From assembly GCA_005881595.1 (NCBI GenBank), contig VBBY01000003.1, forward strand, positions 731 through 64,730: a DNA stretch of 64,000 nt, in the 5' to 3' direction. Origin of the DNA: Betaproteobacteria bacterium (GTDB lineage: Bacteria > Pseudomonadota > Gammaproteobacteria > Burkholderiales > SG8-39). The notes under the pieces are model-generated. The model worked only from the letters and a program-made list of their open reading frames with translations. It had not been told where the DNA came from and ran no database searches. The translations under genes and the position numbers were made by a program. This document shows positions 16,964 through 27,732 of the stretch, piece after piece (position 1 is the stretch's first letter; each line of letters begins with the position of its first letter).

Positions 16964-17866
16964 TCAGGCGGCGGCCGCGGCCCTCGCCTCGCCGACCAGG
17001 CGCGCCGCTTCCTCGCCGGCGACCCGCTCGAGGTCGTCGCGGTACTTGAGCAGCACGCCCAGCGTGTTGTTGACGGTTTCGGGATCGAGCGCGACGCGGT
17101 CGAGCGCCACCAGGCAGTTGGCCCAGTCGATCGTCTCGGCGACCCCTGGCAGCTTGAACAGATCGCTTTTTCGCAGCCGCTGCACGAAAGCGACCACTTC
17201 CCTGGACAGCGCCTCGCGCGCTTTCGGCGCCTTGCGGTGCAGAATCTCGAGCTCGCGCGGCGCGTCCGGGAAGTCCACCCAGTGGTAGAAGCAGCGCCGC
17301 TTCACCGCGTCGTGGATCTCGCGCGTGCGGTTGGAGGTGATGACCACGATCGGCGGCTCGGGGGCGCGCAGCGTGCCGACCTCCGGAATCGTGATCTGCC
17401 AGTCCGACAGCACCTCGAGCAGGTAGGCCTCGAAGGGCTCGTCGGTGCGGTCGAGCTCGTCGATGAGCAGGACCGGCGAATGGCCCTCCAGCGCGCGCGC
17501 TAAAGGTCTTTTAATCAGGAATTTCTCGGAGTAAATATCGGCCGCGAGCTTCTCCTTCGACTTCTCCCCCGCCGCTTCGGCCAGCCGGATCTCGATCATC
17601 TGCCGCGAGTAGTTCCACTCGTAGGCAGCCTGCGCGATGTCCAGGCCTTCGTAGCACTGCAGGCGGATGAGCTCCCGGCCCAGGCCTTGCGCGATGACCT
17701 TGCCGATCTCGGTCTTGCCGACCCCGGCCTCGCCTTCCAGGAACAGCGGCCTGCGCATGGCGAGGGCGAGGAAAAGAGAGGTGGCGAGGCTGCGATCGGC
17801 GACGTAGTCGCCCGAGGCGAGGAGCTTCTGCGTCTCGTCGATGGAGTCCGGGAGCGGGCGCGCCAT
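16964..17866 (-). CDS. coxD: CoxD-type MoxR AAA+ ATPase
   Basis: Walker A EGEAGVGKT, LQCYEGLD, Walker B LLIDELDR and HDAVKRRC. Confidence 0.92.
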   Translation of the reverse strand: MARPLPDSIDETQKLLASGDYVADRSLATSLFLALAMRRPLFLEGEAGVGKTEIGKVIAQGLGRELIRLQCYEGLDIAQAAYEWNYSRQMIEIRLAEAAGEKSKEKLAADIYSEKFLIKRPLARALEGHSPVLLIDELDRTDEPFEAYLLEVLSDWQITIPEVGTLRAPEPPIVVITSNRTREIHDAVKRRCFYHWVDFPDAPRELEILHRKAPKAREALSREVVAFVQRLRKSDLFKLPGVAETIDWANCLVALDRVALDPETVNNTLGVLLKYRDDLERVAGEEAARLVGEARAAAAA

Positions 17867-17881
17867 GAAAAGCCTGGGCTG

Positions 17882-18679
17882 CTATTTCATCGCCGCCTCG
17901 ACGGCGCGCTTGGCCATGACGGTGATCAGGTGCGCGCGGTACTCCGGGCTCGCGTGCAGGTCGCTGTTGAGGCCGTCGGCCTTTACCTTGATGCTGGCGA
18001 CCGACTCGGGCGCGAACTTCGCGGCGAGCGCCTTCTCCATGTCGGCCTGGCGGAACGCGCAGGGCCCGGCCCCGGTCACGCCGACCCGCACCTTGCCGCC
18101 AAAGTCGGCGACGAATACGCCGACGATGGCGAAGCGCGACGCCGGGTTCTTGAACTTCATGTAGGCGGCGCGCTTCGGTACCGGAAACGAGACCGCGGTG
18201 ATCAGCTCTCCCGGCCCGAGCGCGGTTTCGTACAGGCCCTTGAAGAATTTATCGGCCTCGATCTTGCGCTTGTCGGTGACGATCGTGGCGCCCAGGGCGA
18301 GCACGGCCGCCGGGTAGTCGGCCGCCGGGTCGTTGTTGGCGAGCGAGCCGCCGAGCGTGCCCATGTGCCTGACCTGCCGGTCGCCGATGATGCCGGCGAG
18401 AGAGGCGAGCGCGGGAATCGCCTTCCTCACGCCGCTCGAGGCGGCCACCTCGGCGTGCCGCACCATCGCGCCGATCGTCACGGCATCGCTCTCCGCCTTC
18501 AGCGCCTTCAGGTCGCCGATCGCGTTGAGATCGATCAGGTCGGTCGGCGAGGACAGCCGCAGCTTCATCGCCTGCACCAGGCTCTGGCCGCCGGCGAGGT
18601 ATCTGCCTTCGTCCTTCCTGGAGGCGAGGGCCAGGGCCTCCTTCACGTTCGAAGGCCGGTGATAGTCGAATGCATGCAT
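17882..18679 (-). CDS. Molybdo-hydroxylase FAD-binding subunit (CoxM/CutM-like)
   Basis: LAGGQSL, IGDRQVRHMGTLGGS, DPAADYP and NPASRFA motifs. Confidence 0.93.
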   Translation of the reverse strand: MHAFDYHRPSNVKEALALASRKDEGRYLAGGQSLVQAMKLRLSSPTDLIDLNAIGDLKALKAESDAVTIGAMVRHAEVAASSGVRKAIPALASLAGIIGDRQVRHMGTLGGSLANNDPAADYPAAVLALGATIVTDKRKIEADKFFKGLYETALGPGELITAVSFPVPKRAAYMKFKNPASRFAIVGVFVADFGGKVRVGVTGAGPCAFRQADMEKALAAKFAPESVASIKVKADGLNSDLHASPEYRAHLITVMAKRAVEAAMK

Positions 18680-18689
18680 TGCTATTCTC

Positions 18690-21032
18690 CTAGGCTGCCT
18701 TGTGCATGGAGCGCCACACGGTCTGCGCCGTGGCGGGCATCGGGAGGTCCTTCACGCCGAGGGCATCGGTGATGGCGTTCATCACCGCCGCCGGCGCGCC
18801 GATCGCGCCGGCCTCGCCGCACCCCTTCACGCCGAGCGGGTTGTGCGTGCAGGGCGTCTCGCGCGTGTCCAGCTTGAACAGCGGCACGTCGCCGGCGCGG
18901 GGAATGGCGTAGTCGCTGAACGATCCGGTGACCAGCTGCCCGGTGCTGTCGTAGCGGCAGCCTTCGGTGAGCGCCTGCCCGATGCCCTGCGCGAGCCCGC
19001 CGTGCACCTGGCCTTCGACGATCATCGGATTGATGATTTTGCCGAAGTCGTCGACCGCGGTGAAAGCGACGATCTGCGTTGCGCCGGTATCGCGGTCCAC
19101 CTCGACCTCGCAGACATAGCTGCCCGCGGGGAAGGTGAAGTTCGCCGGGTCGTAGAACGCGTTCTCGTTGAGGCCGGGCTCGAGCTTGTCGAGCGGATAG
19201 TTGTGCGGCACGTAGGCCGCGAACGCCACTTCGCCGAAGGTCTTCTGCTTGTCGGTGCCCGCCACCTTGAACACGCCGCGGTCGTACTCGATGTCCGCCT
19301 CCGCTGCCTCGAGCAGGTGGGCGGCGATCTTCCTGCCCTTGGCGACGATCTTGTCGAGCGCCTTCACGATCGCCGTGCCGCCGACCGCGATAGACCTCGA
19401 GCCGTAGGTGCCCATGCCGAAAAGCACCTTCGAAGTATCGCCGTGCACGATGTCGACGTTCTCGATCGGCAGGCCGAGGCGATCGGCGACCACCTGCGCG
19501 AACGTCGTCTCGTGGCCCTGGCCGTGCGAATGCGAGCCGGTGAACACGGTCACGGTGCCGGTCGGATGCACGCGGATCTCTCCGGCCTCGAAAAGACCGG
19601 CGCGCGCGCCGAGGCTTCCGGCCACGTTCGACGGCGCGATGCCGCAGGCTTCGATGTAGCAGGCGTAGCCGAGGCCGCGCAGCTTGCCTTTCGTGAGGGA
19701 TTCTTCCTTTCTCTGCTTGAACCCCGCGACGTCCGCCATCTTCATCACCGCATCGAGGGTCGCCTCGTAGTTTCCGGTGTCGTAGCAGAGCGCGACCGGC
19801 GTCTGATAGGGAAACTGCCGGATGAAGTTCTTGCGGCGGATGCCGGCCGGATCGAGCTTCATTTCGCGCGCGGCCGTTTCGACCAGCCGCTCGACGACGT
19901 AGGTCGCCTCGGGACGCCCTGCGCCGCGGTAGGCGTCCACCGGCGTGGTGTTGGTGAACACCGCGGTGACCTCGCAGTAGATGAGCGGCGTCGTGTACTG
20001 CCCGGCGAGGAGCGTGGCGTACAGGATGGTCGGGATGCACGACGCAAAGGTCGAGAGATACGCTCCGAGGTTCGCCGTCGTGCGCACGCGCAGGGCGAGG
20101 AACTTGCCGTCGCGGTCGAGCGCGAGCTCCGCCGTGGTCACGTGGTCGCGTCCATGCGCGTCCGAGACGAAGGACTCGGTGCGCTCGGCGGTCCATTTCA
20201 CGGGGCGGTTGAGCTGCTTGGCCGCCCAGGTGACCACCACATCCTCCGGATAGAGGTAGATCTTCGAGCCGAAGCCGCCGCCGACGTCGGGCGCGACCAC
20301 GCGCACCTTGTTCTCCGGCAGCCCCAGCACGAAGGCAGTCATCAGCAGCCGCTCCACGTGCGGGTTCTGGCTCGCGACATAGAGCGTGTAGCCCGCCTCG
20401 GCGCGCGAGTACGTCGCGTTGGCCGCGCGCGGCTCGATCGCGTTCGGTATCAGGCGGTTGTTGACGAAATCGAGCTTGGTGACGTGCGCCGCCTTGGCAA
20501 ACGCGCCGTCGACTGCCGCCTTGTCGCCCAGCGCCCAGACGTAGCAGGCGTTGTCCGGCGCCGCTTCATGAATCGCCGGCGCGCCTTTGGCCTTTACCGG
20601 GTCGACGACTGCCGGCAAGACTTCGTAGTCCACCTCGATGAGCTCGGCGGCATCCCTCGCCTGGGCGAGCGATTCGGCGATCACCACCGCTACGCGCTCG
20701 CCGACGTGCCGCACCTTGCCTTGCGCGAGCGGCGGGTACGGCGGCTCCTTCATCGGCTGGCCGTTGACGTCGGTGATCAGCCAGCCGCAGGGCAGCCCGC
20801 CCACCTTCGCCGCCGCGAGATCGGCGCCCGTATAGACCGCAAGCACTGCCGGGGACTTTTTTGCCTGGTCCAGCGCGATCTTCTTGATCCTGGCGTGCGC
20901 GTGGGGCGATCTCACGAACGCCGCGTACGCCTGGCCCGGCAGCGCGACATCGTCGGTATACATGCCGGCGCCGGTGAGGAAGCGGTAATCCTCCTTGCGC
21001 TGGACCCGCGCCCCGATCAGGGGGGCGGTCAT
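18690..21032 (-). CDS. Molybdopterin-binding large subunit, form II CoxL-like (xanthine dehydrogenase family)
   Basis: [19 protein letters not shown], active-site loop [24 protein letters not shown] and KGCGEAG. Confidence 0.93.
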   Translation of the reverse strand: MTAPLIGARVQRKEDYRFLTGAGMYTDDVALPGQAYAAFVRSPHAHARIKKIALDQAKKSPAVLAVYTGADLAAAKVGGLPCGWLITDVNGQPMKEPPYPPLAQGKVRHVGERVAVVIAESLAQARDAAELIEVDYEVLPAVVDPVKAKGAPAIHEAAPDNACYVWALGDKAAVDGAFAKAAHVTKLDFVNNRLIPNAIEPRAANATYSRAEAGYTLYVASQNPHVERLLMTAFVLGLPENKVRVVAPDVGGGFGSKIYLYPEDVVVTWAAKQLNRPVKWTAERTESFVSDAHGRDHVTTAELALDRDGKFLALRVRTTANLGAYLSTFASCIPTILYATLLAGQYTTPLIYCEVTAVFTNTTPVDAYRGAGRPEATYVVERLVETAAREMKLDPAGIRRKNFIRQFPYQTPVALCYDTGNYEATLDAVMKMADVAGFKQRKEESLTKGKLRGLGYACYIEACGIAPSNVAGSLGARAGLFEAGEIRVHPTGTVTVFTGSHSHGQGHETTFAQVVADRLGLPIENVDIVHGDTSKVLFGMGTYGSRSIAVGGTAIVKALDKIVAKGRKIAAHLLEAAEADIEYDRGVFKVAGTDKQKTFGEVAFAAYVPHNYPLDKLEPGLNENAFYDPANFTFPAGSYVCEVEVDRDTGATQIVAFTAVDDFGKIINPMIVEGQVHGGLAQGIGQALTEGCRYDSTGQLVTGSFSDYAIPRAGDVPLFKLDTRETPCTHNPLGVKGCGEAGAIGAPAAVMNAITDALGVKDLPMPATAQTVWRSMHKAA

Positions 21033-21508
21033 GGCTTGCCTGCCATCGCACGCGCGCCGGCCATGATGCTCTTGACGATGTTGTGGTAGCCGGTGCAGCG
21101 GCACAGGTTTCCTTCGAGGCTGTCGCGCACTTCCTCCTCGGTCGGGTCGGGATGGCTTTTCGCGAAATCGAGCGCGTTCATCACCATGCCCGGCGTGCAG
21201 AAGCCGCATTGCAGGCCGTGGTTCTCCTTGAACGCCGCCTGCATCGGGTGCAGCGTGCCGTCGGGCTTCGCCACGCCTTCGATGGTGAGGATGTCGGCGC
21301 CCTCGGCCTGCATGGCGACGATCGAGCAGCTCTTGATCGCCTTGCCGTTCATGAGGACAGTACAAGCGCCGCACTGCGCCGTATCGCAGCCGACGTGGGT
21401 GCCGGTGAGCCGCAGGTGCTCGCGAATGAAGGTCACCAGCAGGGTCCGCGCCTCGAGGTCGGCGGCGACCGGCTTGCCGTTGACCTTCATGGATACCTTG
21501 ACCGACAT
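21029..21508 (-). CDS. [2Fe-2S] small subunit (CoxS/CutS-like)
   Basis: [22 protein letters not shown] and NLCRCTGY motifs; SD GGAGG. Confidence 0.95.
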   Translation of the reverse strand: MSVKVSMKVNGKPVAADLEARTLLVTFIREHLRLTGTHVGCDTAQCGACTVLMNGKAIKSCSIVAMQAEGADILTIEGVAKPDGTLHPMQAAFKENHGLQCGFCTPGMVMNALDFAKSHPDPTEEEVRDSLEGNLCRCTGYHNIVKSIMAGARAMAGKP

Positions 21509-21575
21509 GCTGCCTCCTTCAGGGGATTTATTGGGCTTGCGAGGGAGCATTCATCGTAGCTAAGCCGTTCACGCA

Positions 21576-21589
21576 CCGCAATGTTGCGG
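21576..21589. promoter_or_regulatory. Inverted repeat CCGCAA-TG-TTGCGG in the divergent coxS/czcC region (candidate operator)
   Basis: Read directly; regulator unknown. Confidence 0.35.
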
Positions 21590-21659
21590 CGCAGCGTCAG
21601 CTTCCGGAAAGCTTGCTGCAAGGGTGTGGACATGGCCGGTCCGTATCTTCGCCATTCCG

Positions 21660-22931
21660 ATGATCCGGGGGGAATTTTGGGTGGCGTTAGCTATTTGGGT
21701 CGCGCTCGCTGCGGCTGCGACGCCGTGCGACGCTCGCGATCTGTCGCTGACGGAGGCTGAAAAGCTGCTCGCCGCGCACAACCGCGAGCTGAGGGCGGCG
21801 CGTCGCAGCGTCGAGTCGGCGCAGGCACAGCGGCTGGTCGCTGCAGCCCGGCCGAACCCCACTTTTTCGATCAATAGCAGTGAAATCAACAGAAACCCCG
21901 GCATTGGCGCGGGCCCCCTCGGCCAGAAGCACATCGACACGGTGTTCAGGATCGATCAGCCCTTCGAGCGCGGCGACAAGCGCGAGCTGCGGCTCGACGC
22001 TGCCTCCGGACTGCAGAAGGCGGCCGAAAACGACTCGCTCGAAGTGCTGCGACAGCAGCTCGCCGCGCTGCGCGCCGCGTACTTCGACCTGAAGCAGGTA
22101 CAGGAGAAGGCGCTCGTCCTCGCCGACACGGCACAGCTGTTTACCGGAACCCTTGCGGCGGCGCAGGCGCGGCTCAAGGCCGGCGATCTCGCGCCTGCCG
22201 ACGTGGCCAAGGTGCAGGTCGACTATGAGCGGGCGCAGAACGAGGCGCGCGCGGTGCGGGCGGAGCTTGTGCGCGCGCAGTTTGCGCTCGGCTACATGAT
22301 CGGCGCGGATGCCGGCGCCGGCGAGCTGCGCGCGACGGATCCCTGGCCCGCTGCGGAGCGGGCCGACCCCGCCGCGCTCGAGCAGGCCATCGAGGCGCGC
22401 CCCGATGTGCTGGCGGCGCAGGCCAGAGTCGAGGCGGCGGAGAAGCAGCGCGATCTCGCCAAGGCCCAGCGCACCCGGGACTTCACCATCGGCGCTCAGT
22501 TCGAGCGCTTTCCGGGCAGCGTTCCAGTCAACTCGATCGGCTTCGGCGTCGCGTTCCCGCTGTTCACCGGTTACGATTTTTCGGGCGACATCCAGAAGGC
22601 CGAGGTCGACCGCTATGCCGCGCTCGACGCCCTGGAGCGCGCGCGGGCGCTCGCCGGCATCGAGCTGCGCCGCGCCGCGAGCGACCTGAACGCCGCCGCA
22701 GAGCGGCTCGAGCGCTACGAGACCTCGCTGCTCGGCGCTGCCGGCCGCAGCGCGCAGGCGGCCGAGTTCGCCTTCCTGCGCGGCGCCATTTCGGTGCTCG
22801 AGGTCCTGGACGCGCGGCGCACGCTGCGCGCCGTGCAGCTCGAATCGGTGATGGCGCGGGCCGACTATGCCAAGGCGCTCGCGGCGTGGCGCGCCAGCCT
22901 GTCGACGGCGCAACAGCTGGGCGGCCGATGA
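21660..22931 (+). CDS. Outer-membrane efflux protein, TolC/CzcC family
   Basis: Signal peptide, RPNPTFS, ERGDKRELR and GAISVLEVLDARR motifs. Confidence 0.9.
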   Translation: MIRGEFWVALAIWVALAAAATPCDARDLSLTEAEKLLAAHNRELRAARRSVESAQAQRLVAAARPNPTFSINSSEINRNPGIGAGPLGQKHIDTVFRIDQPFERGDKRELRLDAASGLQKAAENDSLEVLRQQLAALRAAYFDLKQVQEKALVLADTAQLFTGTLAAAQARLKAGDLAPADVAKVQVDYERAQNEARAVRAELVRAQFALGYMIGADAGAGELRATDPWPAAERADPAALEQAIEARPDVLAAQARVEAAEKQRDLAKAQRTRDFTIGAQFERFPGSVPVNSIGFGVAFPLFTGYDFSGDIQKAEVDRYAALDALERARALAGIELRRAASDLNAAAERLERYETSLLGAAGRSAQAAEFAFLRGAISVLEVLDARRTLRAVQLESVMARADYAKALAAWRASLSTAQQLGGR

Positions 22932-24043
22932 GAATTTTTCCGGGTCTGCTGGCGGCCGCGATCCTCGCCGGTTGCAACCAGGCCGCCGAGAAGCCGGCGG
23001 TGCCGCCGCCGCGCGTCGACAGGAACGCAGTCATCTTCGAGCCGGCGAGCCCGCAGCTTGGCTCCATCCGTACGGCGAGCGCCGAGCCGCAGCGCGAAGC
23101 AGTGCTGCGCTTCAACGGCCGCCTGGTCTGGGACGAGGACCGCACGGCGCGCGTGTACACGCCTTTCGCGGGCAAGGTGCTGTCGATCGCGGCGCGCCCT
23201 GGCGATAAGGTGAAGGCAGGGCAAGTACTAGCCGTGCTCTCCGCGCCCGAGCTCGGCAGCGCGCAGGCCGAGGCGCGCAAGGCGGAGCAGGATTTCCTGC
23301 TCGCGCAGAAGAACCGCGCTCGTATCGAGGAGCTGCAGGCAGCAGGCGTCGCACCGGCCAAGGACCTGCAGGCGGCGCAGGCCGAAGAGGCCCGCGCTGC
23401 TTCCGAGCGCGCACGCACGCAGGCGAGGCTGCGCGCCTACGGTAGCGCGGCCGCCGATGTCAACCAGGCGTTCGTACTGCGCAGCCCGCTCTCGGGCGTG
23501 GTCGTCGAGCGTCAGCTTAACCCGAGCCAGGAGCTGCGCCCCGACGCCGCGCCGCAGGGCGGCATCTTCGTGATCTCCGACCCGTCGCGCTTGTGGTTCG
23601 TGCTCGACTTGTCGGACAAGGACCTTGGCGCGGTGCGCCCCGGGATCGAAGTCAGCCTCTCCACCGCCGCTTTGGGCGACGAGCGAGTGGCAGGTCGCAT
23701 TACGCACGTCGCGGATGTCGTCGACCCGCAGACGCGGACCATCAAGGTGCGCGGCACGCTCGCCAACGCCGAGCGCAGGCTGAAGGCCGAGATGTTCGTC
23801 ACCGGCGAGATCAGGGTGCCCGCCGGAATCGGCTTGCTGGTCCCCGGCAAGGCGGTCTATCTGCGCGGCGAGCAGTACTTCGTATTCGTCGACGCCGGCA
23901 ACGGCCGCTTCGAGCGCAGGGCGGTGCGCCTGGGCGCGGCCAGCAACGGCGATTCGCTGATTCTCGAGGGCATCGGCGCGAAAGACAAGGTCGTGACCGA
24001 GGGCAGCCTGTTGCTCGAGGGCGTGCTGGCGTCGAAGGGCTGA
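22928..24043 (+). CDS. RND periplasmic adaptor (CzcB-like), lipoprotein
   Basis: Lipobox LAGC, GDKVKAGQVL, LRSPLSG and VDPQTRTIKVR; ATGA overlap with the upstream gene. Confidence 0.92.
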   Translation: MRIFPGLLAAAILAGCNQAAEKPAVPPPRVDRNAVIFEPASPQLGSIRTASAEPQREAVLRFNGRLVWDEDRTARVYTPFAGKVLSIAARPGDKVKAGQVLAVLSAPELGSAQAEARKAEQDFLLAQKNRARIEELQAAGVAPAKDLQAAQAEEARAASERARTQARLRAYGSAAADVNQAFVLRSPLSGVVVERQLNPSQELRPDAAPQGGIFVISDPSRLWFVLDLSDKDLGAVRPGIEVSLSTAALGDERVAGRITHVADVVDPQTRTIKVRGTLANAERRLKAEMFVTGEIRVPAGIGLLVPGKAVYLRGEQYFVFVDAGNGRFERRAVRLGAASNGDSLILEGIGAKDKVVTEGSLLLEGVLASKG

Positions 24044-24052
24044 ACGCGCGGC

Positions 24053-27039
24053 ATGATCAAGCGGATCGTTTCGTTCTCGCTCTACCAGCCGCTGTTTATC
24101 GCGCTGGGGGTGGCGCTGTTCATCGGCGGCGGAATCTGGGCCTTCAAGAATCTGCCGGTCGAGGCGTTCCCCGACGTCACCGACACGCAGGTCACGGTGA
24201 TTTCGCTGTTTCCCGGCCGCGCCGCCGAGGAGGTTGAGAAGCAGATCACCATTCCGCTCGAAGTCGGCCTGTCCGGCGTGCCCGGAGCGGTGCGCATGTT
24301 CTCGCATACCCAGTTCGGGCTGTCGTTCGTCATGCTCACGTTCGACGACCGCTACAGCGGCTACTTCGCGCGCCAGCAGGTGGTGGAGCGGCTGCGCGAG
24401 GTGGACATGCCAGAAGGCGCGCAGGCGCAGCTGGCACCCTTTTCCACAGCGATCGGCGAGATCTACCGCTACCGCATGAAGGGCGACAAGGTGTCGCCGC
24501 GCGAGCTGCGCACCTACCAGGACTGGGTGGTGAGCCGGCAATTGCGGCTGGTGCCCGGGGTCGCCGACGTCGTGACGCTCGGCGGCCTGGTGAAGCAGTA
24601 CGAAGTGCGGCCGGATCCCGCGCGGATGCGCGACTACAAGGTGACGCTGTCGCAGCTGTCGCAGGCGATCCAGCGCGGCAATGCCAATGCCGGCGGCAGC
24701 TACGTCGAGCAGGGCCGCCAGCAGTTTCTCATCCGCGGCATCGGGCTGTTCACCAGCCCCGAGGACATCGGCAACGTCGTGGTCGCCGAGAGAGGCGGCA
24801 CCCCGATCCTGGTGAAGGACATCGCCCAGGTGGCGATCGGAGCGGTGCCGCGGCAGGGCGTCGCCGGCCAGGACGACGACGATGACGTCGTTACCGGCGT
24901 GGTGCTGATGCGCCGCGGCGAGAATCCGTCGGAAGTGCTCAAGGCGGTACGCGCCACGATCGACCAGGTGAACGACACCGGCCTGCCCGCGGGCGTCAAG
25001 GTGGTGCCGATCTACGACCGCACCTGGCTGATCGGCAAGACGCTGACCACGGTGTTCACCAACCTCGTCGAGGGCGCGCTTCTGGTTTCGATCGTGCTGT
25101 GGATGTTTCTCGGCAATCTGCGCGCCGCCGCGATCGTCGCCGTTACCATTCCGCTCGCGCTGCTCGCCACCTTCCTTGGCCTGACCTTCATCGGCATCCC
25201 GGCCAACCTGCTTTCGCTGGGCGCGATGGACTTCGGCATCATCGTCGACGGCGCCGTGATCGTGGTAGAGAACATTTTTGGCAAGCTCACGGCCGCGGTC
25301 CATGACCGCGAGAAGCTCGACGACCAGCGGCGCCGCAGCCTGATCCTCGATGCCGCGGTCGAAGTGGGGCGGCCGACGCTGTTCTCGATGCTGAGGCGCT
25401 GATCCTGTCGCTGACGCTGGTGCCGCTGCTTTGCGCCCTGATGCTGAAAAGGAAGCTGCCGGAGAAGGAGAACTTCCTGGTGCACGGCGCAAAGCAGCTG
25501 TACGAGCCGGCGCTCGGCTGGGCGCTCGGGCACAGGCGCTTCGTGCTCGGCGCCTCCGTCATTTCGCTCGCCCTGAGCCTCGCCCTGCTGCCGCGGCTCG
25601 GAACCGAATTTCTGCCCGAGCTGAACGAAGGCGCGGTGTGGGTCAACGTGAACTACCCGACGAGCGTGTCGGTCACCGAGGCGCAGGAGCTTTCCAGGCG
25701 CGTGCGCCAGGCGATCCGCAAGTTCCCGGAGGTGGTGAGCGTCACTTCCAAGGCGGGGCGGCCGGAAGACGGCACCGACCCCAAGCTGATCAACATGGCC
25801 GAGTTCCTGGTCGACCTCAAGCCCGAAAACGAATGGCAGCGCGGCGTCGACAAGCCCGGGCTGCTGCGCGAGATGGACGCCGAGGTCAACAAGATTCCCG
25901 GCATCACGCCGAGCTTCTCGCAGCCGATCCGCGACAACGTGCTCGAGTCGATCTCGCAGATCGACGGCCAGATCGTGATCAAGGTGTTCGGCGACGATCT
26001 CGAGGTGCTGCGCGACCAGTCGCTCGCCGTGCTTAGGCAGGTCGAGACGGTGCCCGGCGTGGCGCGCGCGTTCGTCGACCGGCTGGGGGAGCTGCCGCAG
26101 ATCCAGGTGCGCGTCGACCGCGCCCGCGCCGCGCGCTACGGCCTCAACGTCTCCGACATCCAGGACGTGATCGAGACCGTGCTCGGCGGCAAGCAGGTGA
26201 CGCAGATGTGGGAAGGCGAGCAGCACTTCGGCGTCGCGGTGCGGCTCGACGAGCCTGAGCGCACGCTGGTGCGCATGCAAAGCCTGCTGGTGGCGACCTC
26301 GGCCGGCGCCTACGTGCCGCTCTCCGAAGTGGCGAGCTTCCGTACCGTCGGCGGCCTGATGAACATCGCGCGCGAGAATGGCAAGCGCGTTTTCGCCATC
26401 GGCGTGTTCATTCGCGGCCGCGACATGGGCGGCGTGGTCGCCGATATGAAGGCGCGCGTCGCTCAGCACCTCAAGCTGCCGGAGGGCTATTCGATCACCT
26501 GGTCGGGCGAGTTCGAGAACCAGGAGCGGGCGATGGCACGGCTCGCGATCATCGTGCCGATCTCGATCCTGGTGATCTTCCTGCTGCTGTTCGACGCGTT
26601 CAGGTCGTTCCGCTCCTCGCTGCTGATCGTCGCCAACATCCCTTTTTCGGTGATCGGCGGCATTGTCGCGCTGTGGATCACCGGCATCTATCTTTCGGTG
26701 TCGGCGGCAATCGGCTTCATCGCCCTGTTCGGGCAGTCGGTGCTGAACGGCGTGGTGATGGTGGCGCTGTTCAACGAGCTGCGCGAGGCCGGCATGGCGC
26801 CGGAGAAGGCGGTGGTCAGCGGCGCGATCACGCGGCTGCGCACCGTGCTGATGACCGCGCTGCTCGCCTCGCTCGGCCTGCTGCCGATGGCGCTTTCCAC
26901 CGGGATCGGCGCCGAGACGCAGAAGCCCCTCGCCGTGGTGGTGATCGGCGGGCTGGTTTCGGCGACGCTGCTCGTTCTCTTTGTCCTGCCAGTAATCTAC
27001 GTGATGCTCTACCGCCGCGAAGAAAGGACCACGGTATGA
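24053..27039 (+). pseudogene. CzcA/CusA-family heavy-metal RND pump disrupted by an internal deletion and frameshift near 25394-25395
   Basis: Frame 2 runs to RPTLFSML (25393) then stops at 25402; frame 1 resumes at ALILSLTLVP (25396). The TM5-TM6 segment expected between them is absent. EAFPD, SLGAMDFGIIVDG and RLRTVLMTA are present. Confidence 0.85.
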
Positions 27040-27057
27040 TCAAGCGAATGGTTGACG

Positions 27058-27732
27058 ATGCGAATTCTGATCGTTGAGGACGATCCGTCGCTCGCCTCCG
27101 GCCTGGCGCGCATCCTGGAGGCCGAGGGCTACGCGGTGGACGTGGCCGGCCGCGGCGAGGAGGCGGTGGGCGCGGCACGCGGCGAGCGCTTCGACCTCGT
27201 CATCCTCGACATCGGATTGCCCGGCATGGACGGCTTCGAGGTGCTGCGCCGGCTGCGCGGCGCCGAGCATCGCGTCCCGGTGCTGGTGCTGACGGCGCGC
27301 GATACGGTGAGCGACCGCGTGCACGGGCTAGACCTGGGCGCCGACGACTACATGGCCAAGCCCTTCGCCATGCCGGAGCTGGCGGCGCGCGTGCGCGCGC
27401 TCATCCGCCGTTCGCTGGCGCAGACCGGGCCGAAGATCGTGCACGGGCCGCTGACCCTCGACACCGTGGCGCGGCGCGCCTACCTCGCCGGGGAGCCGCT
27501 CGAGCTGGCGGCGCGGGAGTGGGCCGTGCTGGAGGTGCTGCTCGGCAAGGTGGAGAAGATCGTGTCGAAGGAGAGCATCATCCAGGCGGTCGCCGGCTGG
27601 GACGAGGATCTTTCGCCCAACGCCATCGAGGTCTACATTTCGCGCCTCAGGACCAAGCTCGAGCGCGCCGGGGTGCACATCCGCACCGTGCGGGGCTTCG
27701 GCTACATGCTGGAGGAGTTCAAAATACGCTAG
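27058..27732 (+). CDS. OmpR-family response regulator (TctD-like)
   Basis: ILIVEDD, LDIGLPGMDG, LTARD, KPF and IRTVRGFGY motifs. Confidence 0.93.
   Translation: MRILIVEDDPSLASGLARILEAEGYAVDVAGRGEEAVGAARGERFDLVILDIGLPGMDGFEVLRRLRGAEHRVPVLVLTARDTVSDRVHGLDLGADDYMAKPFAMPELAARVRALIRRSLAQTGPKIVHGPLTLDTVARRAYLAGEPLELAAREWAVLEVLLGKVEKIVSKESIIQAVAGWDEDLSPNAIEVYISRLRTKLERAGVHIRTVRGFGYMLEEFKIR

Noticed and set aside
18690-21032. Bona fide aerobic CO dehydrogenase (form I coxL)
   Set aside because: The active-site loop is AYRGAGR rather than AYxCSFR, and the gene order is S-L-M rather than M-S-L.
18690-21374. 894-aa CoxS-CoxL fusion
   Set aside because: The extension is an off-frame reading of coxS; CoxL starts at ATG21032.
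21509-21659. Moco or NiCo riboswitch between coxS and czcC
   Set aside because: Only short hairpins are visible and I cannot recognise the conserved cores; needs an Infernal search.
25394-25402. Programmed ribosomal frameshift in the czcA-like gene
   Set aside because: No slippery heptamer, and coding sequence appears to be missing, so a frameshift would not restore a full pump.
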